Positions 44,462-55,886 are shown, numbered from the stretch's first letter. The stretch: 64,000 nucleotides of DNA from Candidatus Omnitrophota bacterium (GCA_020058085.1 JAGVER010000007.1:7969-71968), one strand, 5' to 3'. Numbers and translations are program-made. The notes: generated by a model from the sequence alone, not told the origin.

Positions 44462-44782
44462 ATGAGTATCCAGCATTTTACCGATAGTAATTTTAAAAAA
44501 GAAGTTTTGGAATCCAAAATGCCGGTTTTAGTTGATTTTTGGGCTAATTGGTGTGGGCCCTGTAAGATGATTGCTCCGATTGTCGATGAGTTAGCTAAGG
44601 AGTACTCCGGTAAAATGAAGATTGGCAAGGTAGATGTAGATGGTAATTCTTCGGTTGCCTCTAAATACGGAGTGATGTCTATTCCTACCCTGATATTTTT
44701 CAAAGAAGGAAAAGTTATGGATCAGGTAAGTGGGGCTTTAAATAAATCTACGTTAAAGCAGAAGATAGAAGAAAATCTTTAA
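44462..44782 (+). CDS. trxA: Thioredoxin
   Basis: [10 protein letters not shown] active site; about 107 aa. Confidence 0.92.
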   Translation: MSIQHFTDSNFKKEVLESKMPVLVDFWANWCGPCKMIAPIVDELAKEYSGKMKIGKVDVDGNSSVASKYGVMSIPTLIFFKEGKVMDQVSGALNKSTLKQKIEENL

Positions 44783-45871
44783 ATGAAGAAAGTTTTCATT
44801 GCCGCCACCAAACAGAATGATGGTAAGACTACGGTATCGTTAGGTTTAATCCGTAATTTCCAGGAGATTTTTAAGAAAGTCGGTTTTATAAAGCCCATAG
44901 GCCAGCGTTATCTTGAAGAAGAGGGCTTAAAGATTGACGAGGATTCGATTCTGATTGAAGAAGTCTGCGGCATAAAATGCGGGCTTAAAGATATGAGCCC
45001 GATTGCCGTAGAAAAAGGTTTTACCGAGAGATACATTGCTCGTCCAGATAAAAGGGCGATTAGCAGAAAGATCAAGGAATCATTTAATAGGGTATCAAAA
45101 AGAAAAGACCTGGTAATTGTTGAGGGTACGGGTCATGCCGGTGTCGGTTCGGTCTTTGATCATTCCAATGCTACGGTAGCAAGGTTGCTTGGTTCAAAAG
45201 TGATACTAATTTCTTCCGGCGGGGTAGGCCGGCCTATAGACGAGATTATCCTTAACAAAGCGTTATTTGAACGGGAAGGAGTCAAGCTCTTAGGGGTGAT
45301 TGTTAATAAGGTCCTTCCGGATAAATTCGACAAGATTAATCGGTTAGTAAGAAGTGGCTTGGAAAGAAAAGGAATCAATGTTTTAGGAGTTTTGCCTTTT
45401 AATCCTATGCTCTCTCAGCCGACATTTGAGCAGATTATTGAGGAGACGGGTTTTGAGGTTATTTGCGGTAAGGATTATCTTGAACGTCCGGTCTCTCGGG
45501 TTATAGTTGGGGCGATGGAGCCGCGTGACGCAGTTAAATATATCAGAGAAGATAGTTTAATGATTACCCCCGGAGATAGGCAGGATATGATCATGACTGC
45601 CTTAAACTGTTTTTGCGACAAGGATGATAAGAGACTGAAGGTTTCTGGAATGGTTTTATCCGGGGGCATCATTCCGGATCAGCCGGTAATGAATCTTTTG
45701 CAGAAATCCGGCATACCGGTTCTATTGGCTAAGACAGATACTTATGATGTCGCTACATCCGTACATGATCTTACGGTAAAAATCAGGCCATGCGATAAAG
45801 ATAAGATTGATGCGGTTGTAAAATTGGTTAGGGATAATGTGGATTTAAATAAAATACTGAAAGGGATTTAA
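44783..45871 (+). CDS. Stand-alone Pta N-terminal-like protein (P-loop CobQ/BioD-like domain plus DRTGG domain)
   Basis: AATKQNDGKTTVSLGL P-loop; collinear with the N-terminal region of long Pta enzymes; immediately upstream of pta. Confidence 0.65.
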   Translation: MKKVFIAATKQNDGKTTVSLGLIRNFQEIFKKVGFIKPIGQRYLEEEGLKIDEDSILIEEVCGIKCGLKDMSPIAVEKGFTERYIARPDKRAISRKIKESFNRVSKRKDLVIVEGTGHAGVGSVFDHSNATVARLLGSKVILISSGGVGRPIDEIILNKALFEREGVKLLGVIVNKVLPDKFDKINRLVRSGLERKGINVLGVLPFNPMLSQPTFEQIIEETGFEVICGKDYLERPVSRVIVGAMEPRDAVKYIREDSLMITPGDRQDMIMTALNCFCDKDDKRLKVSGMVLSGGIIPDQPVMNLLQKSGIPVLLAKTDTYDVATSVHDLTVKIRPCDKDKIDAVVKLVRDNVDLNKILKGI

Positions 45872-45872
45872 T

Positions 45873-46802
45873 ATGAATACGGTTGATAAAATTCGCAGCA
45901 TGGCAAAGAAGAGTTTAAAATCCATAGTCCTTCCTGAATATGATGATAAGCGGGTAATAGAGGCAGCGCGCATTATTAATCAGGAAGGGATCGCCCGAGC
46001 AACTTTATTTACTCCGGAAATGATGGAAAATAATGAGAAAGAGCGTTATATAAATGAATATTATAATACATACAAGAATAAAGATGTTGATATTGAGGTA
46101 ACGAGGAAGTTGTTTCAAGACCCGCTTTATTATACTTCTATGATGACTAACGAGGGTAAGTTTGATGGATTGGTTGCCGGTGCGTCACATACTTCTTCTG
46201 ATATAATCAGGGCCTGTATGCGTTGTATGGGGATAGACGAGCGCATCACGATTATTTCTAGTTGTTTTATAATGGAAGTGCCGAATTGTCCTTATGGCGA
46301 TGATGGGACTTTTGTTTTTGCTGATTGCGGGGTTATTCCTGAACCTAATGCCCGTCAATTATCGCGAATCGCTTTTTCTGCGGCAGAATTGACTGAGAAG
46401 GTTTTAAACTTAACGCCGCGGATAGCTTTTTTGAGTTATTCTACAAAAGGCTCTGCTAAAGTAAAGTCCGGAGATAAGATTGCTAATGCCTTAAGTATGC
46501 TTAAGGCATTAGCGCCAAATCTTTTGGCTGACGGAGAATTGCAGTTGGATTCAGCGATTGTCCCGGAAGTAGCTCAAATTAAATATCCTAATAGCCCATT
46601 AGGCGGTAAGGCTAACGTCTTGATATTTCCTAATCTTGAAGCAGGGAATATCGGTTATAAATTAACTCAACGTATGTCTGGCGCACGCGCAATTGGGCCT
46701 TTACTTTTAGGAGTAAACAAGCCGGCAAGCGATTTGTCGCGCGGTTGTTTAATTGAAGATGTAGTAGATTGTGTGGCGGTAACTGCGATAAGGGCGCAAT
46801 AA
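45873..46802 (+). CDS. pta: Phosphate acetyltransferase (catalytic PTA_PTB domain only)
   Basis: DGLVAGASHTSSDIIRA, LSYSTKGSA, ANVLIFPNLEAGNIGYK motifs. Confidence 0.88.
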   Translation: MNTVDKIRSMAKKSLKSIVLPEYDDKRVIEAARIINQEGIARATLFTPEMMENNEKERYINEYYNTYKNKDVDIEVTRKLFQDPLYYTSMMTNEGKFDGLVAGASHTSSDIIRACMRCMGIDERITIISSCFIMEVPNCPYGDDGTFVFADCGVIPEPNARQLSRIAFSAAELTEKVLNLTPRIAFLSYSTKGSAKVKSGDKIANALSMLKALAPNLLADGELQLDSAIVPEVAQIKYPNSPLGGKANVLIFPNLEAGNIGYKLTQRMSGARAIGPLLLGVNKPASDLSRGCLIEDVVDCVAVTAIRAQ

Positions 46803-46803
46803 A

Positions 46804-47859
46804 ATGAAGATCCTTGTTATAAATAGCGGAAGCTCATCTATAAAATATAAATTGTTTCAGATGCCCGGTAGGAAACTATTAAGTAAGGGTTCGATAGAGC
46901 ATATTGCGGAAAAAGGTTCAGAGATAAAGGATCATTACAGCGGTTTAAAGTTAATCTTAAGCAAGATTAACTCTGTTGATGCTGTGGGGCATCGGGTGGT
47001 CCATGGCGCAGAAAAATTTAAGAAGCCTCTTCTGGTAGATGAAGCAGTAATTCGTAAGATCAAGCAGTGCTCTGCGATTGCACCATTACATAATCCTGCG
47101 AATTTAGCCGGTATTCTGGCTTGTAAAAAACTTATTCCGGGGGTAAGGCAAGTTGCTGTATTTGATACTGCTTTCCACCAGAGTATTCCTGATTATGCCT
47201 ATATTTACGGCCTTCCTTATGAACTTTACACTAAGCTTGGCATACGTAAATACGGGTTCCATGGCACAAGCCATGAATATGTGGCGCATGAGGCAGCGCG
47301 CATATTGAACAAAAAATTGCAACGCTTAAAGATTATTACTTGCCATCTTGGAAACGGTTGTAGTATTACCGCGGTGGATAAAGGAAAATCCATAGACACA
47401 AGTATGGGTTTTACTCCTTTAGAGGGTCTTGTTATGGGGACTCGCTCTGGAGATCTTGATCCTGCGCTTATCCCGCATATTATGAGGAAAAGAAAGTTAG
47501 ATCTAGATGAAATAGATACTCTTCTTAATAAGGCTAGCGGCTTAAAAGGTATATCCGGTATTAGTAATGATATGCGTATTTTAGAAGAAAAAGCTAGCAA
47601 AGGCAATAAGCGTGCGCAATTAGCAATGGATATCTTTGTCTACAGGATTCGTAAATATATCGGCGCATACATTGCGATTATGTCGGGTTGCGATTGTTTA
47701 GTCTTTACCGCCGGCATAGGAGAAAATCAAAAGAGTGTACGTTCCAAGATTACAAAGAATATTTTTAAGCATTTAAAAAAAGCGCCCAAAGTTCTGGTTA
47801 TTCCTACAAATGAAGAGCTAATGATTGCCAAGCAAACGTATCAATTAATTAAAGACTAA
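46804..47859 (+). CDS. ackA: Acetate kinase (compact, 351 aa)
   Basis: MKILVINSGSSSIKY, GHRVVHG, AVFDTAFHQSIP, YGFHGTSHEYV, CHLGNG, FTAGIGEN, IPTNEELMIA. Confidence 0.9.
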   Translation: MKILVINSGSSSIKYKLFQMPGRKLLSKGSIEHIAEKGSEIKDHYSGLKLILSKINSVDAVGHRVVHGAEKFKKPLLVDEAVIRKIKQCSAIAPLHNPANLAGILACKKLIPGVRQVAVFDTAFHQSIPDYAYIYGLPYELYTKLGIRKYGFHGTSHEYVAHEAARILNKKLQRLKIITCHLGNGCSITAVDKGKSIDTSMGFTPLEGLVMGTRSGDLDPALIPHIMRKRKLDLDEIDTLLNKASGLKGISGISNDMRILEEKASKGNKRAQLAMDIFVYRIRKYIGAYIAIMSGCDCLVFTAGIGENQKSVRSKITKNIFKHLKKAPKVLVIPTNEELMIAKQTYQLIKD

Positions 47860-47870
47860 GGGCAAAAGAT

Positions 47871-48398
47871 ATGAAAAATGTAGTTATGGTTATCTCGCAC
47901 GAAGGCTTTCGCGATGAGGAGTTGTTAGAGCCTAAGGGAGTTTTAGAGAAGAATAATATAAAAGTCAAGATTGCTTCAACTGCATTAAGCCAAGCTCAAG
48001 GAAAGTTAGGAGCATTAATTAACCCGGATATTTTATTTAAGAATATAAATTTAGTTGATTTTGATGCTTTAGTTTTTATAGGCGGCCCGGGGAGTCTCAA
48101 GTATTGGGATGACCCCATAGCACATAAATTATTAAAAGATGCGATTTCATCCGGTAAGATAGTTGCCGGCATATGTAGTGCGGTTGTAACTTTAGCCAAG
48201 TCGGGGATATTAAGGGGTAAGAGGGCTACAGTATTTCCGGGTGATTCTCGAGAGCTTATTGATAATGGGGTAAATTATACTGCTGCGCCTATTGAGAAAG
48301 ACGGCAATATTATTACTGCCGTAGGCCCGCAAGCGGCAAAAGCTTTCGGAGAAGAGATTATAAAGGCGCTAAATAATAAGGAGAGTTCTAAATGTTAA
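47871..48398 (+). CDS. DJ-1/PfpI family protein
   Basis: Nucleophile-elbow VAGICSAV; 175 aa. Confidence 0.75.
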   Translation: MKNVVMVISHEGFRDEELLEPKGVLEKNNIKVKIASTALSQAQGKLGALINPDILFKNINLVDFDALVFIGGPGSLKYWDDPIAHKLLKDAISSGKIVAGICSAVVTLAKSGILRGKRATVFPGDSRELIDNGVNYTAAPIEKDGNIITAVGPQAAKAFGEEIIKALNNKESSKC

Positions 48399-48742
48399 GA
48401 ACAATGTTAAAATCTAAGATTCATCGCGCTTCTGTTACCGAAGCAAATCTTTATTATGAGGGTAGTATCACTATTGACGTTAGCTTAATGAAGAAGGCAG
48501 ATATACTGGAGAACGAGAAAGTAGAAGTGTTCAATCTTAACAATGGCCAGCGTCTGGAGACTTACGCTATTCCCGGGAAGGCAGGAAGCGGAATAGTCTG
48601 TCTTAACGGCCCGGCAGCAAGAGGCGCATGCGTGGGAGATCAGGTGATTATTGTATCTTATATTACTATTAAAGATAAAGAAGCTAAAGGTTTAGCTCCT
48701 AAAATAGTCAAGGTAGATGGAAAGAACTGTATTACAGATTAA
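48392..48742 (+). CDS. panD: Aspartate 1-decarboxylase
   Basis: [29 protein letters not shown] including the Gly-Ser self-processing site. Confidence 0.92.
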   Translation: MLRTMLKSKIHRASVTEANLYYEGSITIDVSLMKKADILENEKVEVFNLNNGQRLETYAIPGKAGSGIVCLNGPAARGACVGDQVIIVSYITIKDKEAKGLAPKIVKVDGKNCITD

Positions 48743-49226
48743 AACATACGGAGATCCGGGATTAAGAAAAAGATCTCTTTTGGTGAAAGAGATAATGCCA
48801 CGACACCGGAATATTTTAAGCCAGATGGCGAGGCTTATGTATGAAGGGAATGGGGTAGGCTTAGCTGCTCCTCAAGCAGGAGTTAATGAGGCGATGATCG
48901 TAGTTGATATAGGCAGCGGGCTCTACAGATTAATTAACCCTAAAATTACAAGTTCTTCCGGATCCCAGATCAATCAAGAGGGTTGCCTTAGCCTTCCCGG
49001 TGTATGTATTAAAGTTAAACGTGCAGAGAAAGTTAGAGTCAAAGCCCAAGATGAATATGGCAAGCCTTTAAATATTGAAGCTCAAGGATTATTGGCCTGT
49101 GTTTTTCAGCATGAGATAGACCATTTAAAAGGCAAGCTCATCGTGGATTATGCTTCTGTCCTTGAGAGGATTAAAATAAATAAGGCTCTAAAGGAGATCG
49201 GTGTTCAATCTTGTAAGCTTATTTAG
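48717..49226 (+). CDS. def: Peptide deformylase
   Basis: [25 protein letters not shown] motifs. Confidence 0.92.
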   Translation: MERTVLQIKTYGDPGLRKRSLLVKEIMPRHRNILSQMARLMYEGNGVGLAAPQAGVNEAMIVVDIGSGLYRLINPKITSSSGSQINQEGCLSLPGVCIKVKRAEKVRVKAQDEYGKPLNIEAQGLLACVFQHEIDHLKGKLIVDYASVLERIKINKALKEIGVQSCKLI

Positions 49227-49238
49227 CGGAGATCTTTT

Positions 49239-50150
49239 ATGCATGATCTAATTATTATTGGAGCTGGTCCGGCGGGACTGACAGCAGCGCTTTATGCCGG
49301 CAGGTTTAAAATTTATACTCGGATATTTGAGAAACTCTCTTGCGGTGGCCAGATCCTCTTATCGCCTTCGATTGAGAATTATCCTGGATTTCCTGAAGGG
49401 GTCTCTACCTTTGATTTGATAGATAAATTTAAGAAACAGGTTGAGGATTTAGGTCTCAAGGTAGAAGACGAGAATGTCTTAGAGGTAATTCCTGATGGAC
49501 GGATATATAATGTTAAGACTGAATCAGGTATCTTTAAGACTAAGACGATTATTATTGCTAGCGGTGCTTTTTCCAAGAGGCTCGGTATAAAAGGGGAAGA
49601 TAAATTTATCGGTAAAGGAGTCTCTTATTGTGGAACTTGTGATGGCCCTCTTTTTAAAGATAAGGATATTCTTGTAGTGGGCGGAGGAGATAGGGCTTTA
49701 GAGGATGCTATGTTTTTGGCTAATTACGCAAATATTGTGCATCTTGTTCACCGGCGCAGTGAGTTTCGTGCTTCTGGAATCCTAGTTGATAAAGTTAAAG
49801 CAAATCCTAAGATAAAATTTGTCTTGGATAGTGTAGTTGAAGAGATAGCGGGAGAAGAGAAGGTAGAAAGGGCTAGGGTAAAAAATGTAAAAACCGGCAA
49901 GGACCTGGATATCCTTTGCCAAGGTGTTTTTATTTTTGTAGGCATAGTCCCGAATACAGGATTTATAAAGAATTTAATCAAGACTAACGAATCCGGGTTT
50001 ATAACTATTGATCAAAAGATGCATACTTCTCGGGAGGGGATATTTGCTTGCGGAGATTGCGCAGAAAAAGGCCTTTATCAGGTAGTAAGCGCATGTGGAG
50101 ATGGGGCGACTGCAGCTGATTCCGCGCATAAATATCTTTTAAAATCATGA
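49239..50150 (+). CDS. trxB: Thioredoxin-disulfide reductase
   Basis: GAGPAGLTAALYAGR, redox-active CGTCDG, GGGDRALEDA NADPH site. Confidence 0.9.
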   Translation: MHDLIIIGAGPAGLTAALYAGRFKIYTRIFEKLSCGGQILLSPSIENYPGFPEGVSTFDLIDKFKKQVEDLGLKVEDENVLEVIPDGRIYNVKTESGIFKTKTIIIASGAFSKRLGIKGEDKFIGKGVSYCGTCDGPLFKDKDILVVGGGDRALEDAMFLANYANIVHLVHRRSEFRASGILVDKVKANPKIKFVLDSVVEEIAGEEKVERARVKNVKTGKDLDILCQGVFIFVGIVPNTGFIKNLIKTNESGFITIDQKMHTSREGIFACGDCAEKGLYQVVSACGDGATAADSAHKYLLKS

Positions 50151-51940
50151 ATAGATTTCCTACGCATAATAAGAAGTTAAAAGACTGGGTAAGTAAAATG
50201 GCTAAACTCTGCAGTCCGGATGAGATTGTCTGGATAGACGGCACAGATGCGCAGAGGGTTGCTTTAGAGAAAGAAGCATTAGAGTCTGGTGAATTGATTC
50301 AGTTAAATCAAGAGAAGCTTCCGGGTTGTTTCTTGCATCGTACGGCTATTGATGATGTTGCCCGTACCGAACACCTTACTTTTATCTGCACGAAGAGCAA
50401 AAGAGATGCCGGCCCGACAAATAATTGGATGTCTCCCGGGGTTGCTTATAGAAAAGCCAAGGTTATATTTAAGGGCGCAATGGCTAATAGGACAATGTAT
50501 GTGATTCCTTTTTCCATGGGGCCTGTTGGTTCTGAATTTAGTAAGATTGGAGTAGAGCTAACTGATTCGCGGTATGTAGTTTTAAATATGCAGATTATGA
50601 CTCGCGTTGGCAATTCGGTTCTGCGGCATCTTGAAGAAAAAGACCATTTTACCAAGTGTTTGCATTCTAAGGCTGATCTCGATATAAATAAAAGGATGAT
50701 ATTGCATTTTCCGGAAGATAATACCATTTGGAGCGTCGGTTCAGGATATGGTGGTAATGTGCTTTTAGGGAAGAAATGCCTGTCGTTGCGCATTGCTAGT
50801 TTTATTGCCCGGCGTGAACACTGGTTTGCAGAGCATATGTTAATTATGGGTATTGAAGAGCCCAACGGCCATATCGAATATATCGCTGCTGCTTTTCCAA
50901 GCGCCTGCGGTAAAACAAATTTAGCAATGCTTGTTCCTCCGGAAGGACTAAGGGTAAAAGGTTATCGTATTTGGACGGTAGGCGATGATATCGCTTGGAT
51001 GCGCGTTGACTCTGATGGCGCACTTTGGGCGATTAATCCTGAATCAGGTTTTTTTGGCGTTGCTCCCGGGACAAACTCTCATACCAATTTCAGTATGGTC
51101 GAGACAATAAAGAAGAATACGATTTATACCAATGTTCTCTTAAAAGCTGATAAGACAGTCTGGTGGGAAGGTGCAGATGGCGATCTTCCTGCTAGCGGTA
51201 TTGATTGGCAAGGCCGTCCTTGGAAGCCGGGTATGAAAGATCAAAATGGCAAACCTATTCTAGGCGCCCAGCCTAATAGCCGCTTTACTTCTCCCATTGT
51301 TAATTGTCCTTCAGCATCTTTTAGGCTGGAGCAGCATCACGGTGTTCCTATATCAGCGATTATCTTTGGCGGACGCAGGCAACATCTTGCGCCTTTAGTC
51401 TATGAAACGTTTAATTGGCAGCATGGAGTTTTTACCGGAGCGGCTATGGCTTCTGAACGAACTGCTGCTCAAGTCGGTGAATTAGGCGAAGTAAGGCGTG
51501 ACCCTATGGCTATGCTTCCTTTTTGCGGTTATAATATGGCGTATTATTTCAAGCATTGGCTGGATATGGGTAAGCGTATGCCTAAAGCACCAAGAATATT
51601 TCATGTAAATTGGTTCAGGACCGATGAAAGAGGTAAATTCTTATGGCCGGGATTTAAAGAGAACCTAAGGGTTTTAGAATGGGTACTTGACCGTTTCAAT
51701 AATAGAGTGGGGGCGCTAGAGACTCCTATAGGCTATGTGCCTTATCCAGCGGATATTGATATGACTGGGCTTAATTTATCTGAAGGGGTGTTGGAGAAAC
51801 TTCTTCAAGTAGAGAACAAGGATTGGCTTGAGGAATTAAGAGGCATTAAGAAATTTTTTAATCAGTTTAAGAAAGATATGCCTCCCCAATTATGGGATGA
51901 ATACGAAAATTTACAGAAGAGGCTTAAGTCAAATGCCTAA
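50147..51940 (+). CDS. pckG: Phosphoenolpyruvate carboxykinase (GTP)
   Basis: [14 protein letters not shown] kinase-1a loop, GDDIAWM; 597 aa. Confidence 0.92.
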   Translation: MNRFPTHNKKLKDWVSKMAKLCSPDEIVWIDGTDAQRVALEKEALESGELIQLNQEKLPGCFLHRTAIDDVARTEHLTFICTKSKRDAGPTNNWMSPGVAYRKAKVIFKGAMANRTMYVIPFSMGPVGSEFSKIGVELTDSRYVVLNMQIMTRVGNSVLRHLEEKDHFTKCLHSKADLDINKRMILHFPEDNTIWSVGSGYGGNVLLGKKCLSLRIASFIARREHWFAEHMLIMGIEEPNGHIEYIAAAFPSACGKTNLAMLVPPEGLRVKGYRIWTVGDDIAWMRVDSDGALWAINPESGFFGVAPGTNSHTNFSMVETIKKNTIYTNVLLKADKTVWWEGADGDLPASGIDWQGRPWKPGMKDQNGKPILGAQPNSRFTSPIVNCPSASFRLEQHHGVPISAIIFGGRRQHLAPLVYETFNWQHGVFTGAAMASERTAAQVGELGEVRRDPMAMLPFCGYNMAYYFKHWLDMGKRMPKAPRIFHVNWFRTDERGKFLWPGFKENLRVLEWVLDRFNNRVGALETPIGYVPYPADIDMTGLNLSEGVLEKLLQVENKDWLEELRGIKKFFNQFKKDMPPQLWDEYENLQKRLKSNA

Positions 51941-52826
51941 GAGAGTTTTATTGAATACAGATTTTAAGGATCAGAAACTTTTCCGTAGAGGAAAGGTAAG
52001 GGATGTCTATGATTTAGGGGATAAGCTCTTGATTGTTTCTTGCGATAGGATCTCTTGTTTTGATCTGGTATTGCCTTGCGGCATACCTTATAAAGGAGAG
52101 GTCCTAACCGCTATTTCAAATTTCTGGTTTGATTTCACAAAAGATCTGATACCTAACCATTTTCTTACTTCCGATCTAAGTAAATACCCTAGAGATTTGG
52201 AGAAATATAGAGATGATTTAGACGGCCGCTCAATGTTGGTAATAAAAAGTAAGCCTTTGCCTGTGGAATGTATTGTTAGGGGGTATTTATCCGGATCAGG
52301 GTGGAAGGAATATCAGAAAAGCCAGTCTGTTTGCGGGATAAAATTACCTGCAGGTCTAGAAGAGTCTGATAAATTACCAGAAGTTATATTTACGCCTTCA
52401 ACTAAGGCAGATCTTGGCCATGATCAGAACGTTAATCAGAAATATGTAGAAGATTTAATCGGAGAAGAAACTGCTAAAGATATCGCCCGGGCAAGTATCG
52501 CTATTTATAATAAGGCAAGCGATTATGCATTAAGTAAGGGGATAATAATTGCTGATACTAAGTTTGAGTTTGGGATGTATAATAATAAAATTATATTAAT
52601 TGATGAGGTGCTTACTCCGGATTCTTCGCGTTTTTGGCCGGCGGATGAATATGCTCCCGGAAGGGCTCAAGCTAGTTTTGACAAACAGTTTGTCCGGGAC
52701 TATCTAGAGACCCTAAATTGGGATAAGATTCCGCCTGCGCCAACACTCCCCGCTGATATTATTGCCAAAACTACCCAGAAATACCTCGAGGCGTATAACA
52801 AGCTGACAGGAAAGGGACTTAAGTAA
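51933..52826 (+). CDS. purC: SAICAR synthase (long form)
   Basis: [33 protein letters not shown] 51933 (ATGCCTAA overlap with the pckG stop) preferred. Confidence 0.88.
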   Translation: MPKRVLLNTDFKDQKLFRRGKVRDVYDLGDKLLIVSCDRISCFDLVLPCGIPYKGEVLTAISNFWFDFTKDLIPNHFLTSDLSKYPRDLEKYRDDLDGRSMLVIKSKPLPVECIVRGYLSGSGWKEYQKSQSVCGIKLPAGLEESDKLPEVIFTPSTKADLGHDQNVNQKYVEDLIGEETAKDIARASIAIYNKASDYALSKGIIIADTKFEFGMYNNKIILIDEVLTPDSSRFWPADEYAPGRAQASFDKQFVRDYLETLNWDKIPPAPTLPADIIAKTTQKYLEAYNKLTGKGLK

Positions 52827-53828
52827 GTGAATATTTTCAAAAAGATACTAGCGGTATTTTTAAGAGTTGGTATAAGTGCTATTCTTTTAGTCCTGCTTTT
52901 TAAATTCAACAAAATAGATCTTCATAAGCTCTTAATTGATATAAAAGGAGCGGATAAGGTGCTTTTGGCTGTAGGATTTCTGATTTTTTTTATTGTTTAT
53001 CTCCTTGGTTTTCTGCGCTGGCAGATGTTGCTTAAGTCCGCAGGTATAAATATTCCTTTAAAGAGGCTGGCTATCTCATTCTCCGGAGGAGTTTTCTTCA
53101 GTATTTTTCTCCCTTCAACTATAGGCGGCGATCTTGTAAGAGCTGCTGACCTCGCAGGGCATACCCAAAAGACTAAAGAGGTGATTGCTACTGTCTTCCT
53201 TGATAGATTAAGCGGATATATCGGTCTGGTTATTGTGGTTATCTTGGCACTTTTATTCGCTAAGGGAATGGTAGAGGATAAGGTTGTTTTATCATCGGTA
53301 ATTGTAATTATCGCGGTATTGGCTTTGGTCATCTTGGTTCTTTTTAATAGCTTTATTTATTCAAGGATCACCAAGTTTCTTAGTACCCCCGGAGCAGGTA
53401 GGATAAAGGAGATGATTAAGGGGCTGCATCACGAAATACATATCTTTCGAAATCACAGGAAGATGATTTTGGGTAATCTATTTATATCTTTTATGATTCA
53501 GGTTATTGCGCCGGTAAGTGTTTATTTTATCGCGCTATCACTAGGGATACAGATTGATCTTATCTATTATTTTATCTTTCTGCCGATAATCGGAGCGATT
53601 ACGCTGCTTCCTGTCGCTATAGGCGGGCTTGGGTTGCGGGAGAGTCTTTTTGTGGTTTATTTTGCCAAGGCAGGCGTCGTAAAGCAGTTAGCTATAGCGA
53701 TGTCTCTTCTCTCTTTCGCCTTTATCATAATCTACGGGGCATTGGGGGGCCTTATTTATGTCCTTACAGTACGTCATCGATGGGTGCAACATAACGCATC
53801 ACCCCAAGTTCATAGAAAACACGCCTAA
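52827..53828 (+). CDS. Flippase-like / lysyl-phosphatidylglycerol-synthase TM-region family membrane protein
   Basis: GTG start; about 8 TM segments with the GGDLVRA motif typical of UPF0104-type proteins. Confidence 0.55.
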   Translation: MNIFKKILAVFLRVGISAILLVLLFKFNKIDLHKLLIDIKGADKVLLAVGFLIFFIVYLLGFLRWQMLLKSAGINIPLKRLAISFSGGVFFSIFLPSTIGGDLVRAADLAGHTQKTKEVIATVFLDRLSGYIGLVIVVILALLFAKGMVEDKVVLSSVIVIIAVLALVILVLFNSFIYSRITKFLSTPGAGRIKEMIKGLHHEIHIFRNHRKMILGNLFISFMIQVIAPVSVYFIALSLGIQIDLIYYFIFLPIIGAITLLPVAIGGLGLRESLFVVYFAKAGVVKQLAIAMSLLSFAFIIIYGALGGLIYVLTVRHRWVQHNASPQVHRKHA

Positions 53829-54240
53829 AAAATCCTCTGATTCCAGAGCTGATCTTATTGAACTTATCAGGATAAAAAGGTTATGCGGGAGCGAAAATAA
53901 CAGGGTTTGGATTGTTTTCGATGGATATTCCGATCCTTCCCTGGATAACTTAAGCAGTAGTAATTTAAATATTATATTTTCTCGTAATCAGAGTGCGGAT
54001 GAGAAGATAAAGAAATTCTTGGAATTGTCTGATAATGCCAAGAATATTGTCGTAGTCTCCGATGATAAAGAGATAATTTTTTTTGCCAAGGCGTACAGGG
54101 CCCGCGCAATTAGTGTTGAGGAGTTTATCGGGGATAAAGTCAGGCATCGGGGAGTTAATCATGATCCAGGGGAGAGTAAGATTGGGTTCAGCGCAATGCA
54201 TAAGATTAATCAGGAGTTGAGAAAACTGTGGCTAAAATAA
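53758..54240 (+). CDS. NYN/YacP-like predicted RNA-binding nuclease
   Basis: YVIDGCNITHH start and VVSDDKEI motif resemble YacP (Rae1-like); 71-nt overlap with the upstream ORF makes the start uncertain. Confidence 0.55.
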   Translation: MSLQYVIDGCNITHHPKFIENTPKKSSDSRADLIELIRIKRLCGSENNRVWIVFDGYSDPSLDNLSSSNLNIIFSRNQSADEKIKKFLELSDNAKNIVVVSDDKEIIFFAKAYRARAISVEEFIGDKVRHRGVNHDPGESKIGFSAMHKINQELRKLWLK

Positions 54241-55007
54241 TTAACCCCAAAGAGAATTTCATCAAGTTTTTAGGCACGGCAGGCGCTCGCTTTGTGATGA
54301 TTGAGCAATTACGCGCTTCAGGAGGTATCTGGATATCGTATAAAGGTACTAATGTATTAGTTGATCCCGGGCCGGGAAGTATCGTGCGTTGTTCGGCATC
54401 CAAGCCAAAGTTAAATCCCGCTAAATTAGATGGTATAATTTTAACTCATAAACATCTAGACCACGCCAATGATATTAATGTTATGATTGAAGCGATGACT
54501 GAAGGCGGTTTTAAGAAAAGAGGAGTAGTTTTCTGCCCGAATGATGCCCTAAATGAAGATTCTATAATTTTAAAATACCTGCGGAATTTTCCCGCGAGAA
54601 TTGAGATATTAAAAGAAAGGCATAATTATAGGGTGGGAAGCTTGTCATTCGCGACTTCTATGCGGCATCTTCATACTGCGGAGACTTATGGGGTAAAGTT
54701 TAAGTTTGGCAGGGCTACTTTCGCTATTCTTACAGATACAAGGTATTTTAAAGAGTTAGCAAGCTTTTATAAGGTTGGCCTATTAGTTATCGCTGTGGTA
54801 TTTCTTAAGCCTAGGCCGGGGATAGATCACTTGTGCTTAGCTGACGCGGAAGAAATTATAAAGGTAGCTAGGCCTAAAAAAGTTATACTCACGCATTTTG
54901 GTATCTCTATGCTTAAGGCTAAGCCGCATCTTCAGGCAAGGCTTTTATCTAAAAGAACCGGCATTGAGGTAGTGGCGGCCTTTGATGGGATGACTTTGGA
55001 TCTATAA
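54228..55007 (+). CDS. MBL-fold metallo-hydrolase
   Basis: LTHKHLDHAND (HxHxDH) motif. Confidence 0.75.
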   Translation: MAKIINPKENFIKFLGTAGARFVMIEQLRASGGIWISYKGTNVLVDPGPGSIVRCSASKPKLNPAKLDGIILTHKHLDHANDINVMIEAMTEGGFKKRGVVFCPNDALNEDSIILKYLRNFPARIEILKERHNYRVGSLSFATSMRHLHTAETYGVKFKFGRATFAILTDTRYFKELASFYKVGLLVIAVVFLKPRPGIDHLCLADAEEIIKVARPKKVILTHFGISMLKAKPHLQARLLSKRTGIEVVAAFDGMTLDL

Positions 55008-55079
55008 AGTTCTTGACTTAAGCCTATATTTATGATAAAGTTATGAAAATAAGGCGTCATAAACCAAAGGAGGTGGAGG

Positions 55080-55757
55080 ATGAGTAGTTGGCAAGTAGTC
55101 TTGTTGGAACCAGCTAGAATTGTTCTTGCCCAGATCGGCCAGTTTTTAGTGAATATTTTGTTAGTGATTGTTATTCTCATCATCGGTTGGATTATCTCTA
55201 AGGTGATCAAATCTATAGTTACCAAGAGCTTGAGAGCTATAAAGCTCGATGAGCTCTCTGATCGTATTGAGTTAGAGGCTTTACTTGAAAAAGGTGGCAT
55301 AAGTTATTCTCTATCGGAATTAATAGGGTTAATCTGTTATTGGCTGGCAATCTTAGTTACTTTCATGGTTGCTATAAATGCTGTAGGATTAACTATTGCC
55401 GCAGATCTCTTGAATAAGGTAGTCCTTTATATACCTAACGTTGTTGCCGCAGTATTTATTTTGATCTTAGGTATGTTCGCAGCTACTATTTTAAAAAATA
55501 TGGTTGTGACCGCGGCTAATAATGCCGGCCTTAATCAGGGTAAACTTCTTGGAAAAGTTGCCGAATCCATTGTAATTGCCTTTGCGATATTCGTAGGTTT
55601 AGAGCAGTTAAGGATCGGTATTCAAATAACCCAACTTACTATAAGTATAGTCTTAGGTAGTATGGGATTTGGTTTGGCTCTTGCTTTTGGTTTAGGTTGC
55701 AAGGACCTTGCGGGAAAGTTTATGGGTGAATTTATTGAAAAGTTGAAAAAGAAATAA
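55080..55757 (+). CDS. Membrane protein with repeated TM-helix motifs (mechanosensitive-channel-related conserved TM helix type)
   Basis: 225 aa, 4-5 TM helices, internally repeated pattern; GGAGGTGGAGG RBS. Confidence 0.5.
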   Translation: MSSWQVVLLEPARIVLAQIGQFLVNILLVIVILIIGWIISKVIKSIVTKSLRAIKLDELSDRIELEALLEKGGISYSLSELIGLICYWLAILVTFMVAINAVGLTIAADLLNKVVLYIPNVVAAVFILILGMFAATILKNMVVTAANNAGLNQGKLLGKVAESIVIAFAIFVGLEQLRIGIQITQLTISIVLGSMGFGLALAFGLGCKDLAGKFMGEFIEKLKKK

Positions 55758-55785
55758 AATTGGAGTTTTTGTAGGTTTTAAGATG

Positions 55786-55828
55786 CCCCGCACTTTCTAA
55801 ACAAAAAAATAGAGGGTGCGGGGTTTTT
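55786..55828 (+). terminator. Rho-independent terminator
   Basis: ccccgcactttct...agagggtgcgggg stem (two G-U pairs) followed by ttttt. Confidence 0.7.
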
Positions 55829-55830
55829 AA

Positions 55831-55886
55831 AAAGGCACCCAAATATATTTGAGTATTTGGTGCCCATAAGTATGGGAGATTTATTC
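55831..55886 (+). promoter_or_regulatory. GGCACC leader motif, copy 2
   Basis: aaaGGCACCCAAATA-tatttgag-TATTTGGTGCC-CATAAGTATGGGAGAT, ending 6 nt before ATG 55887; distal stem pairs differ from copy 1 in a compensatory way. Confidence 0.6.

Noticed and set aside
46804-47859. Short acetate kinase as a pseudogene
   Set aside because: The reading frame is intact, and the N-terminal, catalytic and C-terminal motifs are all present. The shortening appears to be in loop regions.
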